Below are positions 27,084 through 37,212 of a stretch of 64,000 nt of DNA, piece after piece. Source of the stretch: a virus (Duplodnaviria > Caudoviricetes); IMG/VR virus record IMGVR_UViG_3300035208_005226, positions 12,315-76,314 of that record; one strand, 5' to 3'. Both the position numbers and the translations under genes were made by a program. Every line of letters starts with the position of its first letter. Position 1 is the stretch's first letter. The notes under the pieces are model-generated. The model was given only the letters and a program-made list of their open reading frames with translations, searched no databases and was not told the DNA's origin.

Positions 27084-27169
27084 GTTGTTCTCCAGTGATA
27101 CTCTGGCTATATGAATGGAAGAAAAAAAGCATCTATATAGCCTCATAATATCACAAATCATCCTCACCT

Positions 27170-27399
27170 TCTACCCGGATAAAAAAAAATTTCACTAAAT
27201 CTACCAATTATTATAAAAAACAAAACATATATATCGTTATTATATATTGCAGTCGAGTTTATCACCTATCTTACCCACATTATGTTATGGGATGTAAAAA
27301 GCCGAAAAGGCCGAAGAAATAATTTCTTGATATTATCACTATTTTTGCCGGGGTTTCGTTACGCAATCATTATAATGCTGGACATCCATACATTCGTGT
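27170..27399. promoter_or_regulatory. Divergent promoter region between early (-) and late (+) operons
   Basis: Strand switch point; AT-rich with TATA-like ttataaaa, atatatat and ttatatat boxes. Confidence 0.55.
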
Positions 27400-28044
27400 A
27401 TGACGTTCAAATACGGCAATAGTTACATGGGGATAACTGACGTGTCTATTGAGACCAGAGCGAGAGAACCATGGACTTTGAAGTTTGGTGGTGCAATTAG
27501 ACCGGAGTTTATGGAGTTATTGCGGAATGAATTAATTCCGGACGGTGTCCATCCTGCATATTCTGTGAGTAGATTTCATGTTCCTAAAGGTAGATTTTCA
27601 AGTATATTTATGGATTTTATTCCCCAAAATTATGCGACTTTTTACCTAGAGAGGGAAATATTAGATCAAAACCTTATACTATTAGGCAAAAGTATTGATT
27701 TTCCAAGAGATCATGTCATGCCAGTTCTTGCTCCAGGATATTATACTTCTGTCGTTATAAATGGCAACAAATGTGAGGCAAAACACATGTCAATATTATT
27801 TGATCAGATCGGCAACATTGGCGCTGATGCCATTGCAACGATGGGAACAATCTGTATTACTGGGGGCGACCTTGTGGAATTTGACGGAGAGATCCCCTTA
27901 ACCATAGACCTAAAATTTGTAGACAATTCGCGTTCCAACATTGCATTTGTGGTATCCAAACGGAACAAATATACCACCGGTGGCGTAATATCCCGAATTG
28001 TGTATAATATTGTCAGGATTGAAAACATTTCGCGTGTAGTTTAA
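27400..28044 (+). CDS. Hypothetical protein, first gene of plus-strand operon
   Basis: 214-aa ORF, no recognised motif. Confidence 0.65.
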   Translation: MTFKYGNSYMGITDVSIETRAREPWTLKFGGAIRPEFMELLRNELIPDGVHPAYSVSRFHVPKGRFSSIFMDFIPQNYATFYLEREILDQNLILLGKSIDFPRDHVMPVLAPGYYTSVVINGNKCEAKHMSILFDQIGNIGADAIATMGTICITGGDLVEFDGEIPLTIDLKFVDNSRSNIAFVVSKRNKYTTGGVISRIVYNIVRIENISRVV

Positions 28045-28213
28045 ATCAATTATCTGCAATTATCTGCAAAGTTTGCAGGTTGCTTATTTTTTATCCCGAT
28101 ACAACATTTGTCAATATTGCATGGTAATGGTTTTCTTTGTAAGCGAAATCATTCATGAGACTCCCAATGTATTTTGGCAGTTGCGTGGTGTGTCGGGTTG
28201 CGTTATTTAAACA

Positions 28214-28750
28214 TTGAACCACAAATACTGTCTCATGCCATATGATGAGAACTGTCCATTGTGTCGAAGTCCTATCCAGGCGGATGCATGGAGCAGGCTT
28301 ATTTTATCGAATGAAAAGTCTTCTATGGAGTGTGCTAAAGAATTTGACATATCTGTGGAAGAAGTAAATGAACACATATACAAACATTCATCTGGATTGG
28401 ATGCCGACGGCGACCCTAATACACCAGAACATCTAAAGAATAAGCTGCTTAGATTTTCTCATATTTGTGAGATCTGGATGGATGAAATGATAGTGAGTAA
28501 GGAACTAGATCCGTCGAAGTTAGACAAGGTGCTTAAACTGATGGATGTAATTGAGAAGCAACTGGTGTCCAGGGCACAAATAGCAGGCATAATTAAGAAA
28601 GATGCTCCACAAATACAGATAACAAATGTCCAAAATAATATTGATAATTTGACTAATGTTATTATGATGAAATTATGTCCGGAATGCAAGAAAATTGCAA
28701 TTGCTGAAATGGAAGGGTTTGTATACGGAGAACAGAAACTTCTGGCGTGA
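28214..28750 (+). CDS. terS: Putative terminase small subunit
   Basis: Directly upstream of TerL; N-terminal CxxC plus HTH-like segment ending EH..KH; helical core; QIQITNVQNN tail. Confidence 0.55.
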   Translation: MNHKYCLMPYDENCPLCRSPIQADAWSRLILSNEKSSMECAKEFDISVEEVNEHIYKHSSGLDADGDPNTPEHLKNKLLRFSHICEIWMDEMIVSKELDPSKLDKVLKLMDVIEKQLVSRAQIAGIIKKDAPQIQITNVQNNIDNLTNVIMMKLCPECKKIAIAEMEGFVYGEQKLLA

Positions 28751-28756
28751 TAGGTC

Positions 28757-30301
28757 TTGACAAAATCCAAAAAAGAGTTTAATGAGTTTAAGATAAAGCC
28801 CGGGGAGACTTTAGACGGGAAAGATCTGATCCGGTTTAAGTTGGATTTGATTAAGGGGAAATCAGATCCGGTTTGGGCGGTCCAAAATATTTTGGGATTT
28901 GGAGATCTGTTCCCCTGGCAGGAAGAATACCTGAGATTGTTTTACCGGAATATTTATGATGCCAGTTTAATGCCGATAAGAGATGCATATCTATCAGCGG
29001 GCCAGCGTAGTGGAAAAACTATGTGGGCTGCAATGATTGGGTCATATGACTTTTTTAACGTGGTGACTATTCCAGAACCACAAAAGTTCTTCGGGGTTAA
29101 AAATTCACAGAAGCTTTTTGCCACCTGCATGAGTACCAGCGGGAAGCTTGCGGAGGATGGAATTTATGCGCACATGCTAAATGCCATTGAAGCAAGCGAA
29201 TGGATGAATCAGTGGTTTGACATAAGATCTGTGACCTCTCCTATACCCCAAATCAGTGTTGATGATAAACAAGTGTATGCCCAGGTATTAGGTTCCTGGA
29301 TGAATACAGCAGTTGGCAGGACCAACTTCTGCGTATTGCTGGACGAAATAGATTATTTTGAGGAATCTACTTCTAAACGGTCTGGAATGGAGGTATATTC
29401 CAGGATGACAAAATCCAGGGACACCTTAAGAGAATGGGGGCATCTGGTTGCAATTTCGTCTCCAAAGTCTATATCCGGTCCAATTTTGTCATTGGTAAGA
29501 GTAGCACAAAAACGTATTGAGGAATTTGGCATAAATGGAACCGACACAATTGGATTTAATAAGCCCGTATGGGAACTAAATCCAGATCCGTTCTTTTCAT
29601 TCCCGGAATTATGTAAGCGATATGCCCATGATATGATTGCGATGTGGAGAGACTTTGGATGCAAACCCGAAATGGCAGGTGGCATGCAGTTTCCTGAAGG
29701 CATATTCATGGATGAGACCCTGACTAACATATTAAAGGAAAAGGTCCGTCCGAAGTTTCAATACCCCCATGTCATGTACATAGATCCGGCTGCAAGATCA
29801 GATAAATTTGGGATATCCGTTGGCTGTAGGGTGCCATTTAAAGGAATGGTGGTAGACGGCACAACATATTTTAAGAAGAAAACGGGCGACCCGTTTATCA
29901 TGCCGTCTGATGTCTGGGACTTTATAAATGAAGCAATCCCAAGATGTAATGTCCGATACTTTTGCTTTGATACCTGGATGTTCACTGAAATCCTGGAGCG
30001 AGTCTGGAAAAAGCATGGAATTAAGCCAGAACAGCATTTCGTGACTAAATCCGATTATGATACCTGGAGGTCCTATCAAAGCCCTAACGCACCACACCCG
30101 ATGCGATTGTGCTACGATAAAGAACTAAAGGACGAAGCCGATCAGCTCATAGTTAAGGAAGGCAAACGCGGACATGTGGTAGATCATGCCTGGAACCAGT
30201 ATAAAGATCAGTCGGATACTGTGGCAGGCGTCTGCTGGTTCCTAACGAATTTTGAGGTCGAATCAACTGTAGTGCCGTATATCGGGCTTCAAATAATTTA
30301 A
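28757..30301 (+). CDS. terL: Terminase large subunit
   Basis: Walker A AGQRSGKT, Walker B VLLDEID, nuclease YIDPA...D and D.SD.VAG. Confidence 0.92.
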   Translation: MTKSKKEFNEFKIKPGETLDGKDLIRFKLDLIKGKSDPVWAVQNILGFGDLFPWQEEYLRLFYRNIYDASLMPIRDAYLSAGQRSGKTMWAAMIGSYDFFNVVTIPEPQKFFGVKNSQKLFATCMSTSGKLAEDGIYAHMLNAIEASEWMNQWFDIRSVTSPIPQISVDDKQVYAQVLGSWMNTAVGRTNFCVLLDEIDYFEESTSKRSGMEVYSRMTKSRDTLREWGHLVAISSPKSISGPILSLVRVAQKRIEEFGINGTDTIGFNKPVWELNPDPFFSFPELCKRYAHDMIAMWRDFGCKPEMAGGMQFPEGIFMDETLTNILKEKVRPKFQYPHVMYIDPAARSDKFGISVGCRVPFKGMVVDGTTYFKKKTGDPFIMPSDVWDFINEAIPRCNVRYFCFDTWMFTEILERVWKKHGIKPEQHFVTKSDYDTWRSYQSPNAPHPMRLCYDKELKDEADQLIVKEGKRGHVVDHAWNQYKDQSDTVAGVCWFLTNFEVESTVVPYIGLQII

Positions 30302-30625
30302 AAGAGATTGACAGGGGACCACTCTTATAGACCCTGTCTATACAGAGTAAGTTGGGTTGATATTTAAGTTGATTGATTTGAATCCTGGAGCAACTTGTGT
30401 CTTGAATGTAGATTCGCCGCGAATCATTAGGTAATAAGAATAGAACACAAATCAACCACTAATTGCGCAAATGATCTTGCTTAAACAGAAGAAAGGAAAT
30501 TGATTTCTCCTGCTTGGTTTGTTTGTGGAAATAAGTATAAGATGTCTTGTAACTTAAGGGTTGCTAAATTATCTCAACGGTTACGATTGTGCTCCAACAT
30601 CTATATCAGTTCTTGTGTTTAATAT

Positions 30626-32116
30626 TTGGATATGGGACTGATTAAACATATACGAGAGGTGTTTTCGGGATTTGCAAGGGTTAGACAGGCACCTGGTGGA
30701 AGTGTGGGTGCCAGAATGCAATCCAATTCTTTTGTAAATTTTGTAATTAATTTGTTTTCTGATTGGGATACGAAACAAGAAGAAGAAATTTTCCAGGATA
30801 TGTATTGCTATGATGATGCTGTAGGAGGTGGGATAGATAGAGTTTCCACGATGTGTGGACAGGCATTTATAGGGTTTGAAGCATGTTCGAATGAAGAAAT
30901 GTTTACTGATGGACCTCCACCGGATAAGAAAAAGTTAGATGAGATGGTTAGAAGAGCAAATTATCTCAAAATTAAGAATGATTTGTCTTCGGTTGCAGCT
31001 ACATACGGTGGGGTGCTGTCGATGTATGGATTACTGGTGCTTCACGAAGATCCAGGAACGTATGATATCGATATTTTGCCAAATAGTTTAATTACGTTTC
31101 TTGATTATGAAAGCAGAATAACAACTCCTCCTACCGATATAAAGAAACAGGTTATTACAAAGGCAAATATAGTTTGTGTCAATGAACCGGTGCCAGACTT
31201 AATGGACAAATATCCGGTGTCTGAATGCTATATTGTTAAGATGCGGGATATTCCGTTATGGGCAAAAGATAGATTATGCAGGCTGACATATGGATTGTAT
31301 CCGGTTAGTCCATTGCAGCGTGCTATTATTCCAGTTTGGCAAAAATCAATTATTATTGCCATTGATGCAATGTGGAGATGGGCAAATGTTCCCAGGGATC
31401 ACCATAAGTTGAATTCTGAGATGTTTAGCCTGGATAAATTTCCTGGGTCTGATATGGACAGCGTTGTGGATCAGTCGATAAAGGCAGCAGATAAGGTTAT
31501 AAAAGCATATGCTGCTGAAGTTAGTGCAAAGGCACCTGATCAGGGATATGTTACATTAGATACAGTGACTATTGAGCCGTTGGAGCATGCAAACGCCGGA
31601 TATATGGCACCAAATGATTTGTTGACACAGATCTCTGATCAGGTATGGGGTGCAATTGCGATACCTAAGAGCATTGTTACTGGGGTTTCCGGCAATAGTT
31701 ATGCTAGTGAGCTTACCATTGCAAACTACACCAACACTATGATTTTGCATTTGGCTGGAAGGGCAACAATACCAATACTGGAAAATATGAAAAAAAGGCT
31801 TCAGGCATATAACAAAGGGTATCCTGTTGATTATTTAAAGGTTAAATTGGAGTTTAAGCTTGCTACAACTGAGTTGGATGAGATTAAGAGAGGTGCTGCA
31901 ATGGCATCTACAAATTGTTATACGATCGATGAATGTAGGAATGAGACCGGACATTCACATTTAGATCCAAAGGATTATGATAAGATGCCTGGTGCTGTAA
32001 ATGCGGCAAGTAGTATGAAGAATGAGATGAACTATCCGGATACACCACAGAGTGCAAATCAGAGACCTACTGTTGCAGGTATGAGCAAGGCTGAAAAGTC
32101 TGTCAGCGCAACGTAA
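30626..32116 (+). CDS. Portal protein
   Basis: 496 aa right after TerL; portal-like C-terminal pattern (GAIAIPKSIV.G...YASE...TIDECRNETG). Confidence 0.8.
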   Translation: MDMGLIKHIREVFSGFARVRQAPGGSVGARMQSNSFVNFVINLFSDWDTKQEEEIFQDMYCYDDAVGGGIDRVSTMCGQAFIGFEACSNEEMFTDGPPPDKKKLDEMVRRANYLKIKNDLSSVAATYGGVLSMYGLLVLHEDPGTYDIDILPNSLITFLDYESRITTPPTDIKKQVITKANIVCVNEPVPDLMDKYPVSECYIVKMRDIPLWAKDRLCRLTYGLYPVSPLQRAIIPVWQKSIIIAIDAMWRWANVPRDHHKLNSEMFSLDKFPGSDMDSVVDQSIKAADKVIKAYAAEVSAKAPDQGYVTLDTVTIEPLEHANAGYMAPNDLLTQISDQVWGAIAIPKSIVTGVSGNSYASELTIANYTNTMILHLAGRATIPILENMKKRLQAYNKGYPVDYLKVKLEFKLATTELDEIKRGAAMASTNCYTIDECRNETGHSHLDPKDYDKMPGAVNAASSMKNEMNYPDTPQSANQRPTVAGMSKAEKSVSAT

Positions 32117-32158
32117 TTACCCATTTCTTTTTTATCATGGAAATTTCATAGCCTAATT

Positions 32159-33265
32159 ATGGTATTCCAGTGGAAACAGGAAGACGTTTTGCTTTCTGAA
32201 GGCGATGTTGTCAAAGCTGGTACTTGGCACGGAAACAATGTCGTTGATAATAAGCCATATGTCTCTACTTTCACTAATTCTGATGTAAGGAAGATCTATG
32301 ACAGAATTCCAAAGGGATTAATTCCGATTTATGTAGATCTGCATGGCAGGAGAGGAGATCGGAGTGAACCCGATGGATATGCAATGAGCTTTGGAATATC
32401 AGAAGACAGCAGTAAAATTGCCCATAAAGGATTTGTGTATAATTTGGATGCGCAAAAGGCAATTGTAAGCGGGGATAACGAGTGCTCTCCAGAATTTAGT
32501 ACATTAATTGATTCAAAAGGAAATGCTGATAGAACTCTTACTGCACTTTGTTATATTCCCAATTCTGCGATGAAAAATGATGTGAATTTTATGTTCGAAA
32601 AATTTGAAGAAGCTCCAGAAAAAGGGGCAGACAAGACAGATGGAAATGCTGGAAATATTTCCGGACAAGATCAGAAAAAGGAGTCTGGAAATGATGCTAA
32701 GGATAAGTTTGCCGGGTTGTTCGACGGGGGAAAGAAGGCAGAACAAGCACCGGTAGAGGTAGATTATAATAAGATTGTTAGTATGACAATAGATGCATTA
32801 AAGCCGTTTCTTACCGCTGGAGGGAATACTACTCCTGGTGTTTCTGATGGTGGTAAGAAGGAGGAATCTAAAGGCGGTGATAATGTAGATAAGAAGACTA
32901 TAAAGCAAGATGGGGGTTCTGATCCGGGAGTAGATGCTTTAAAAAGCAGACTTGATGAACAGGGCGCCATGCTTGATGGTATGATGGACGAAAAGATCGA
33001 GGCCCTTGTAAATCAGATTAAAGGGTTTGGTGTGTCCGATCCAATGTCATTGATTCCGGCTGGAGCTTCGAAGAAGGGCACTATTGAGTTTCTGACCAAA
33101 ACAAAGGATCTTAGACTGGATTTGATCAAGTTAAACGGTGTTCCACAGAATCTTGGTGGTGGTGAATCTTCGAAAGCTTCTAGGATGGAATTTGAGAAAA
33201 CTATGACAGAACTTGGGTTTGGAGACAAACATTATACGGAAATGTTTCCGGAAATGTATCAGTGA
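32159..33265 (+). CDS. Prohead protease/scaffold fusion
   Basis: N-terminal AGTWHG...IPIYVDLH...SPEF...ALC protease-like domain; charged low-complexity scaffold C-terminus. Confidence 0.65.
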   Translation: MVFQWKQEDVLLSEGDVVKAGTWHGNNVVDNKPYVSTFTNSDVRKIYDRIPKGLIPIYVDLHGRRGDRSEPDGYAMSFGISEDSSKIAHKGFVYNLDAQKAIVSGDNECSPEFSTLIDSKGNADRTLTALCYIPNSAMKNDVNFMFEKFEEAPEKGADKTDGNAGNISGQDQKKESGNDAKDKFAGLFDGGKKAEQAPVEVDYNKIVSMTIDALKPFLTAGGNTTPGVSDGGKKEESKGGDNVDKKTIKQDGGSDPGVDALKSRLDEQGAMLDGMMDEKIEALVNQIKGFGVSDPMSLIPAGASKKGTIEFLTKTKDLRLDLIKLNGVPQNLGGGESSKASRMEFEKTMTELGFGDKHYTEMFPEMYQ

Positions 33266-33276
33266 GGTTGTAAATT

Positions 33277-33801
33277 ATGGTGATGCCAATAAGCAACGAT
33301 CAGCAGATCAGTACTGGTGGAACTCTGCAAGATGCTCCAAGGAGGATGTATTTTGTAGACTCTGCTGTGTATTGGCCTGGAACAGCAGTGACGTTTAAAA
33401 CAAGCGAGGTTGATGAAAACGGAGATCCTTATGTGACACTTGCAGATAAAAATGATGTGCCTGTGGGGTTTGCATATCTGTCTACGGTAGATCCGAGGAT
33501 ACCATATGAATATCAGACTTCGAGTAGTTATCAGAGCGATGTCCCATGTTCTGTAAATAGATATGAAAGAGGGCAGAGAATATCAGTTCCGCTTTGTGCC
33601 GGACATGCAGCAATTGCGATAGGAGAAAAAGTTGCAATTTATGCAAACGGTGAGCATGATAAACTGTCTGCTGTTTCTGGTGCAACCTGGTCTATTGGGT
33701 ATGCATTGAGGGCGATTGATGCAAACACTGATAGCTTGGGGACTGCTGGACTTGATGCTGACTTTATGCTTATCTGGGTTGATGTCCAGAAGGAGAGCTA
33801 A
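33277..33801 (+). CDS. Capsid decoration/cement protein (putative)
   Basis: 174 aa between scaffold and MCP; AIAIGEKV...IGYAL beta-rich pattern. Confidence 0.55.
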   Translation: MVMPISNDQQISTGGTLQDAPRRMYFVDSAVYWPGTAVTFKTSEVDENGDPYVTLADKNDVPVGFAYLSTVDPRIPYEYQTSSSYQSDVPCSVNRYERGQRISVPLCAGHAAIAIGEKVAIYANGEHDKLSAVSGATWSIGYALRAIDANTDSLGTAGLDADFMLIWVDVQKES

Positions 33802-33803
33802 TT

Positions 33804-34709
33804 ATGGTGCTTAAATTTGGTGCGTTAACTTCTGATAAGGACGCAATGAAAAAAGACATTGTTAAGCGGATTTTATATACCGAAGCTGAAACAATGCTTG
33901 AAATGGGCAGAGCTGTTGTAGTTCAGGGAATAGATCAGCTGAGTTATGGGATGACATTTCCCACGGTTGAGAGGCTTGATCCTCAACAGGTAACAGAAGG
34001 AACAATTGCTGATTACCAGAAACTTAGCTGGGCAGAGTTTTATGGGAGCATGAAAAAGTTCCAGGATATCATTCTGACGACTGATGAAGCAAATGCCAGA
34101 AACCAGATGAATATCCAGATGCCATATACCATGACTGCAATTGCAAGAGGTCTGGCATGGGCAAAAGATAAGGAGATAAAGACCGTTGTAAAAGCTGCTG
34201 CTGGAAAGACGGTTAGTGTGTCTGCTTATTGGGATGACCCGGTTTCGAGCAACTTGCCTAAGGATATTGCTGAAGCTATGGCATTTGCTCTTTCGACTAC
34301 CTATATGAATGTGGTTGATTTAAAAGGTGGAATATTGTTTTATCCTGCTGAGCTTTGGGCATTTATGAATCAGCCTGCAAGACCAAACGAATATACCATG
34401 CTTGGTATGAGTCCTATTGAATGGGTTCAGCAGAAATATGGAGTCACATTTATTCCAACCAGGCAACTTGACGCAGAAGCAATGTTGGTATTTCCAGGAC
34501 AGTGGACTGCACTTCATATGATATATATGGGTGGAGATATTCCGCTTGTTGAGTATGCAAGAGAGTACGGAACCGGTAACAAGTTCTATGTAACTCAGAT
34601 GTACTCGACTCTTGCTATGCCGAATAGCACTACTGATAGACTTAAGAATAACCGGATTATTTTGTTAAGTGGCGTATGTCAGACTAGAGCTACAAGAGCA
34701 TCTAGTTAA
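33804..34709 (+). CDS. Major capsid protein (HK97 fold)
   Basis: 301 aa; position; VTEG...KKF..I..TDE...A.GLA..KD.EI pattern. Confidence 0.75.
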   Translation: MVLKFGALTSDKDAMKKDIVKRILYTEAETMLEMGRAVVVQGIDQLSYGMTFPTVERLDPQQVTEGTIADYQKLSWAEFYGSMKKFQDIILTTDEANARNQMNIQMPYTMTAIARGLAWAKDKEIKTVVKAAAGKTVSVSAYWDDPVSSNLPKDIAEAMAFALSTTYMNVVDLKGGILFYPAELWAFMNQPARPNEYTMLGMSPIEWVQQKYGVTFIPTRQLDAEAMLVFPGQWTALHMIYMGGDIPLVEYAREYGTGNKFYVTQMYSTLAMPNSTTDRLKNNRIILLSGVCQTRATRASS

Positions 34710-34722
34710 GGAGGGATCCATT

Positions 34723-35133
34723 ATGGATCTCTCTATTATAGTCGATCGGGTTATTGATAATTTACATGGAATAACTCAGTCATATCTTGATGAAAAATTT
34801 GTAAGGAATGACGCCAGAAGAGCTTATTCATTTGTAAACTTTTATCTGCCTGCTGATTCTGATGCTACTGATGATCAGGTTTATGATGCAGTTGAAGCAT
34901 TAACTACGTTTTATTCATATGTTACATGGACAACATTGGTAGAACCAGAATTGGGATATTTACCTGCTGCAAACATGAACAAAGCAGCGATGTTGAGATC
35001 TACGGCAAAAGGTATGATTCAGATGTTGACGTCATTTCCGCTTACAGATGAGTTAACTATTGATATGAAAGTGATGTCTAAACGAACGGTATGTTGTTTT
35101 GGACTCACAAAATCTGTTGCTGATCCGATATGA
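34723..35133 (+). CDS. Head-tail adaptor (putative)
   Basis: Position after MCP, helical; start MDLSII behind GGAGG. Confidence 0.5.
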   Translation: MDLSIIVDRVIDNLHGITQSYLDEKFVRNDARRAYSFVNFYLPADSDATDDQVYDAVEALTTFYSYVTWTTLVEPELGYLPAANMNKAAMLRSTAKGMIQMLTSFPLTDELTIDMKVMSKRTVCCFGLTKSVADPI

Positions 35134-35750
35134 CAGAAATACTTAAGGTGTATGAATATGGGAATCCGGGGTTATTGGGTAGCGTGGACTATGATGATTA
35201 TAGATTGGCACTTTTAATGGCCGGAGATAATCTGATATTTTTTTGGAACAACCGGGTAAAATATTATTTTAGACGGAGTGAAAATCAAAGTCTGTTTAAG
35301 AAAGGATCTAAATTTAAGCTGGTGTCGCCATCTAAATCGTCTGTGCTTCAGAATGCATTGTTGAAGCCTACAATAAACGCTAGAAATATGGGGATATTGG
35401 GGTTAAAAAATGTTGTGAAGAAAAATCCAAATGGGACTTCCGTTCAGCTTATTAAGGCGTTGTCTCATGGTGTTCCTGGAAGAGATGGGATGCATTATGA
35501 TCCATTTTCTGGGGTTATGGAAAAAGGTGGAAAATGGAAAGGATTTAGCGCGGAGTATTGGAGACGATGGGATACTGTATTTACGAATAGGTGTAGGGAG
35601 GAGAGCGATAGGATTGCAGGGTATGTTGCGGATATAAAGGGAGCTGGTTATGAGGATAAGGAAGGACATGCATTTAGCAATTCTGGTGAGGTTGTTAAGG
35701 CATATCTGAATAGAGGAGTGGAAAGTACAAGATCACTTACACGGTTTTAA
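35130..35750 (+). CDS. Neck/head-completion protein (putative)
   Basis: Basic 206 aa in neck position. Confidence 0.4.
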   Translation: MTEILKVYEYGNPGLLGSVDYDDYRLALLMAGDNLIFFWNNRVKYYFRRSENQSLFKKGSKFKLVSPSKSSVLQNALLKPTINARNMGILGLKNVVKKNPNGTSVQLIKALSHGVPGRDGMHYDPFSGVMEKGGKWKGFSAEYWRRWDTVFTNRCREESDRIAGYVADIKGAGYEDKEGHAFSNSGEVVKAYLNRGVESTRSLTRF

Positions 35751-35752
35751 GT

Positions 35753-36133
35753 ATGGAAGAAAATGTTGACGAGTATAAGAGTTTGATTGGAAAGTGTCTT
35801 AAGGACTTAGGATATAAGATATTTTATTCAAAGAAGGATAGTATGGCACCAAACGAGTGTGCCATATATTATACGGATGTAGATCTTGAACTTGAAACTA
35901 CGGAGGACTATATTCAGTGGAACACACTGGTTATACAATGGGAGGAGAAAATAGATACAAATCTTAGGCTCCAGGTAAGGAGAATGGTGGAAAATGTTGA
36001 GAAGACCGTTAAGTTAAGCGGAGTGCTTCATGTATCTAGCTTTATGTTTGGGAAAGTAAAAATAATAGATTTAGGAACATCGTATAGATCCGTAATGACT
36101 GTATCGTTTAGGGAATTAGTAAGTCATGGGTGA
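35753..36133 (+). CDS. Tail terminator-like protein (putative)
   Basis: 126 aa directly before tail tube. Confidence 0.45.
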   Translation: MEENVDEYKSLIGKCLKDLGYKIFYSKKDSMAPNECAIYYTDVDLELETTEDYIQWNTLVIQWEEKIDTNLRLQVRRMVENVEKTVKLSGVLHVSSFMFGKVKIIDLGTSYRSVMTVSFRELVSHG

Positions 36134-36139
36134 AAATAA

Positions 36140-37165
36140 ATGACAGATAGATTGGTTGCAATTGCAATAAATTCTACTTCTGATTATGGAGTAACCACCA
36201 TCGGAACTGATATCGCCGGAACTTATTATAAGTTCAGGGGTAGTGCTGATACTGATGGGGTGAACAGGACTCCTATATCAGAAGAGAACATGGATACTAT
36301 GGCACCGGGTGAAATAGACGGTGGTGGATATGCTGTTACCGGTAATATTGATGGAACACTTAGGACTGATCCTGGGACTCTTAATCTGATTAGTTGTTTC
36401 ATGGGGGTTCAAGCTAGTGGAACAACCGCCGGTACTTATTATATGACGAATATCCCGCTTACCACATGCACGTTGCTTGTGTATGATGAGCAGGCAAATG
36501 ATAATGCCGGGGTTGCCACATATTATACCGGTGTCGGGATGACGTCCATGGAAATAAGCTGTAAGGTAGAAGATTACGCCAAGCTTAAGTTTGCATGGAT
36601 TGGAAGACGGGCTATAACAGTTCATGGGGCATTATCGGCTGCACCAACGGAACCAACCTGGACAAGTTTTCCGATGTCAGTATATTATAATGCAGTGTTG
36701 ACATTTGGAGGAACTGTCTTACAGACCAAAGGAATTACTGTTAAGGCTGAGAGAAAATATGCTCAGGATTACAGGTTCTTGGGGTCACAGTTTTTGCAGG
36801 GCTTGTATATTAACGGTATGAGCAACCTTTCAGGAACTATGGATATTGGAGCTGGTGAATGGGATCTCGTAAGTCAGATCATTAATGGGTCCTCAATTGG
36901 CGGTGCTCTCGATTCAGGTCATACGGAGTTTGATGGTAGTCTGGCAAACACGATGGCCTCTGGAGAATTGAAGTTGAAGTTCTATAGGCCGGCTGGTAGC
37001 GGTGCGACAAATGGACTGCTTTTGACTGTTACGATAGCTAAATGTGTTGTTACTGATTTTAACCGGAGTGTCCAGAACCGGAATATGTGGGAAAAGACCG
37101 TGAATTGGAAAGCTGCACTACCTACAAGTGCTGATTTCAGTATTACTGTGGCAGCAGTAACATAA
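36140..37165 (+). CDS. Major tail tube protein
   Basis: 341 aa, Gly/Thr-rich beta pattern (TGNIDG, YTGVGMTSMEIS, SGTMDI); upstream of chaperone and TMP. Confidence 0.75.
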   Translation: MTDRLVAIAINSTSDYGVTTIGTDIAGTYYKFRGSADTDGVNRTPISEENMDTMAPGEIDGGGYAVTGNIDGTLRTDPGTLNLISCFMGVQASGTTAGTYYMTNIPLTTCTLLVYDEQANDNAGVATYYTGVGMTSMEISCKVEDYAKLKFAWIGRRAITVHGALSAAPTEPTWTSFPMSVYYNAVLTFGGTVLQTKGITVKAERKYAQDYRFLGSQFLQGLYINGMSNLSGTMDIGAGEWDLVSQIINGSSIGGALDSGHTEFDGSLANTMASGELKLKFYRPAGSGATNGLLLTVTIAKCVVTDFNRSVQNRNMWEKTVNWKAALPTSADFSITVAAVT

Positions 37166-37212
37166 TTACTTTTTTTCGATATATTGATATCCAGGTAATA
37201 TCATTATATCTT

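Noticed and set aside
23850-27110. CRISPR array or integron attC cassettes
   Set aside because: Repeats conserve structure, not sequence; spacers are whole genes; no cas genes or integron integrase present
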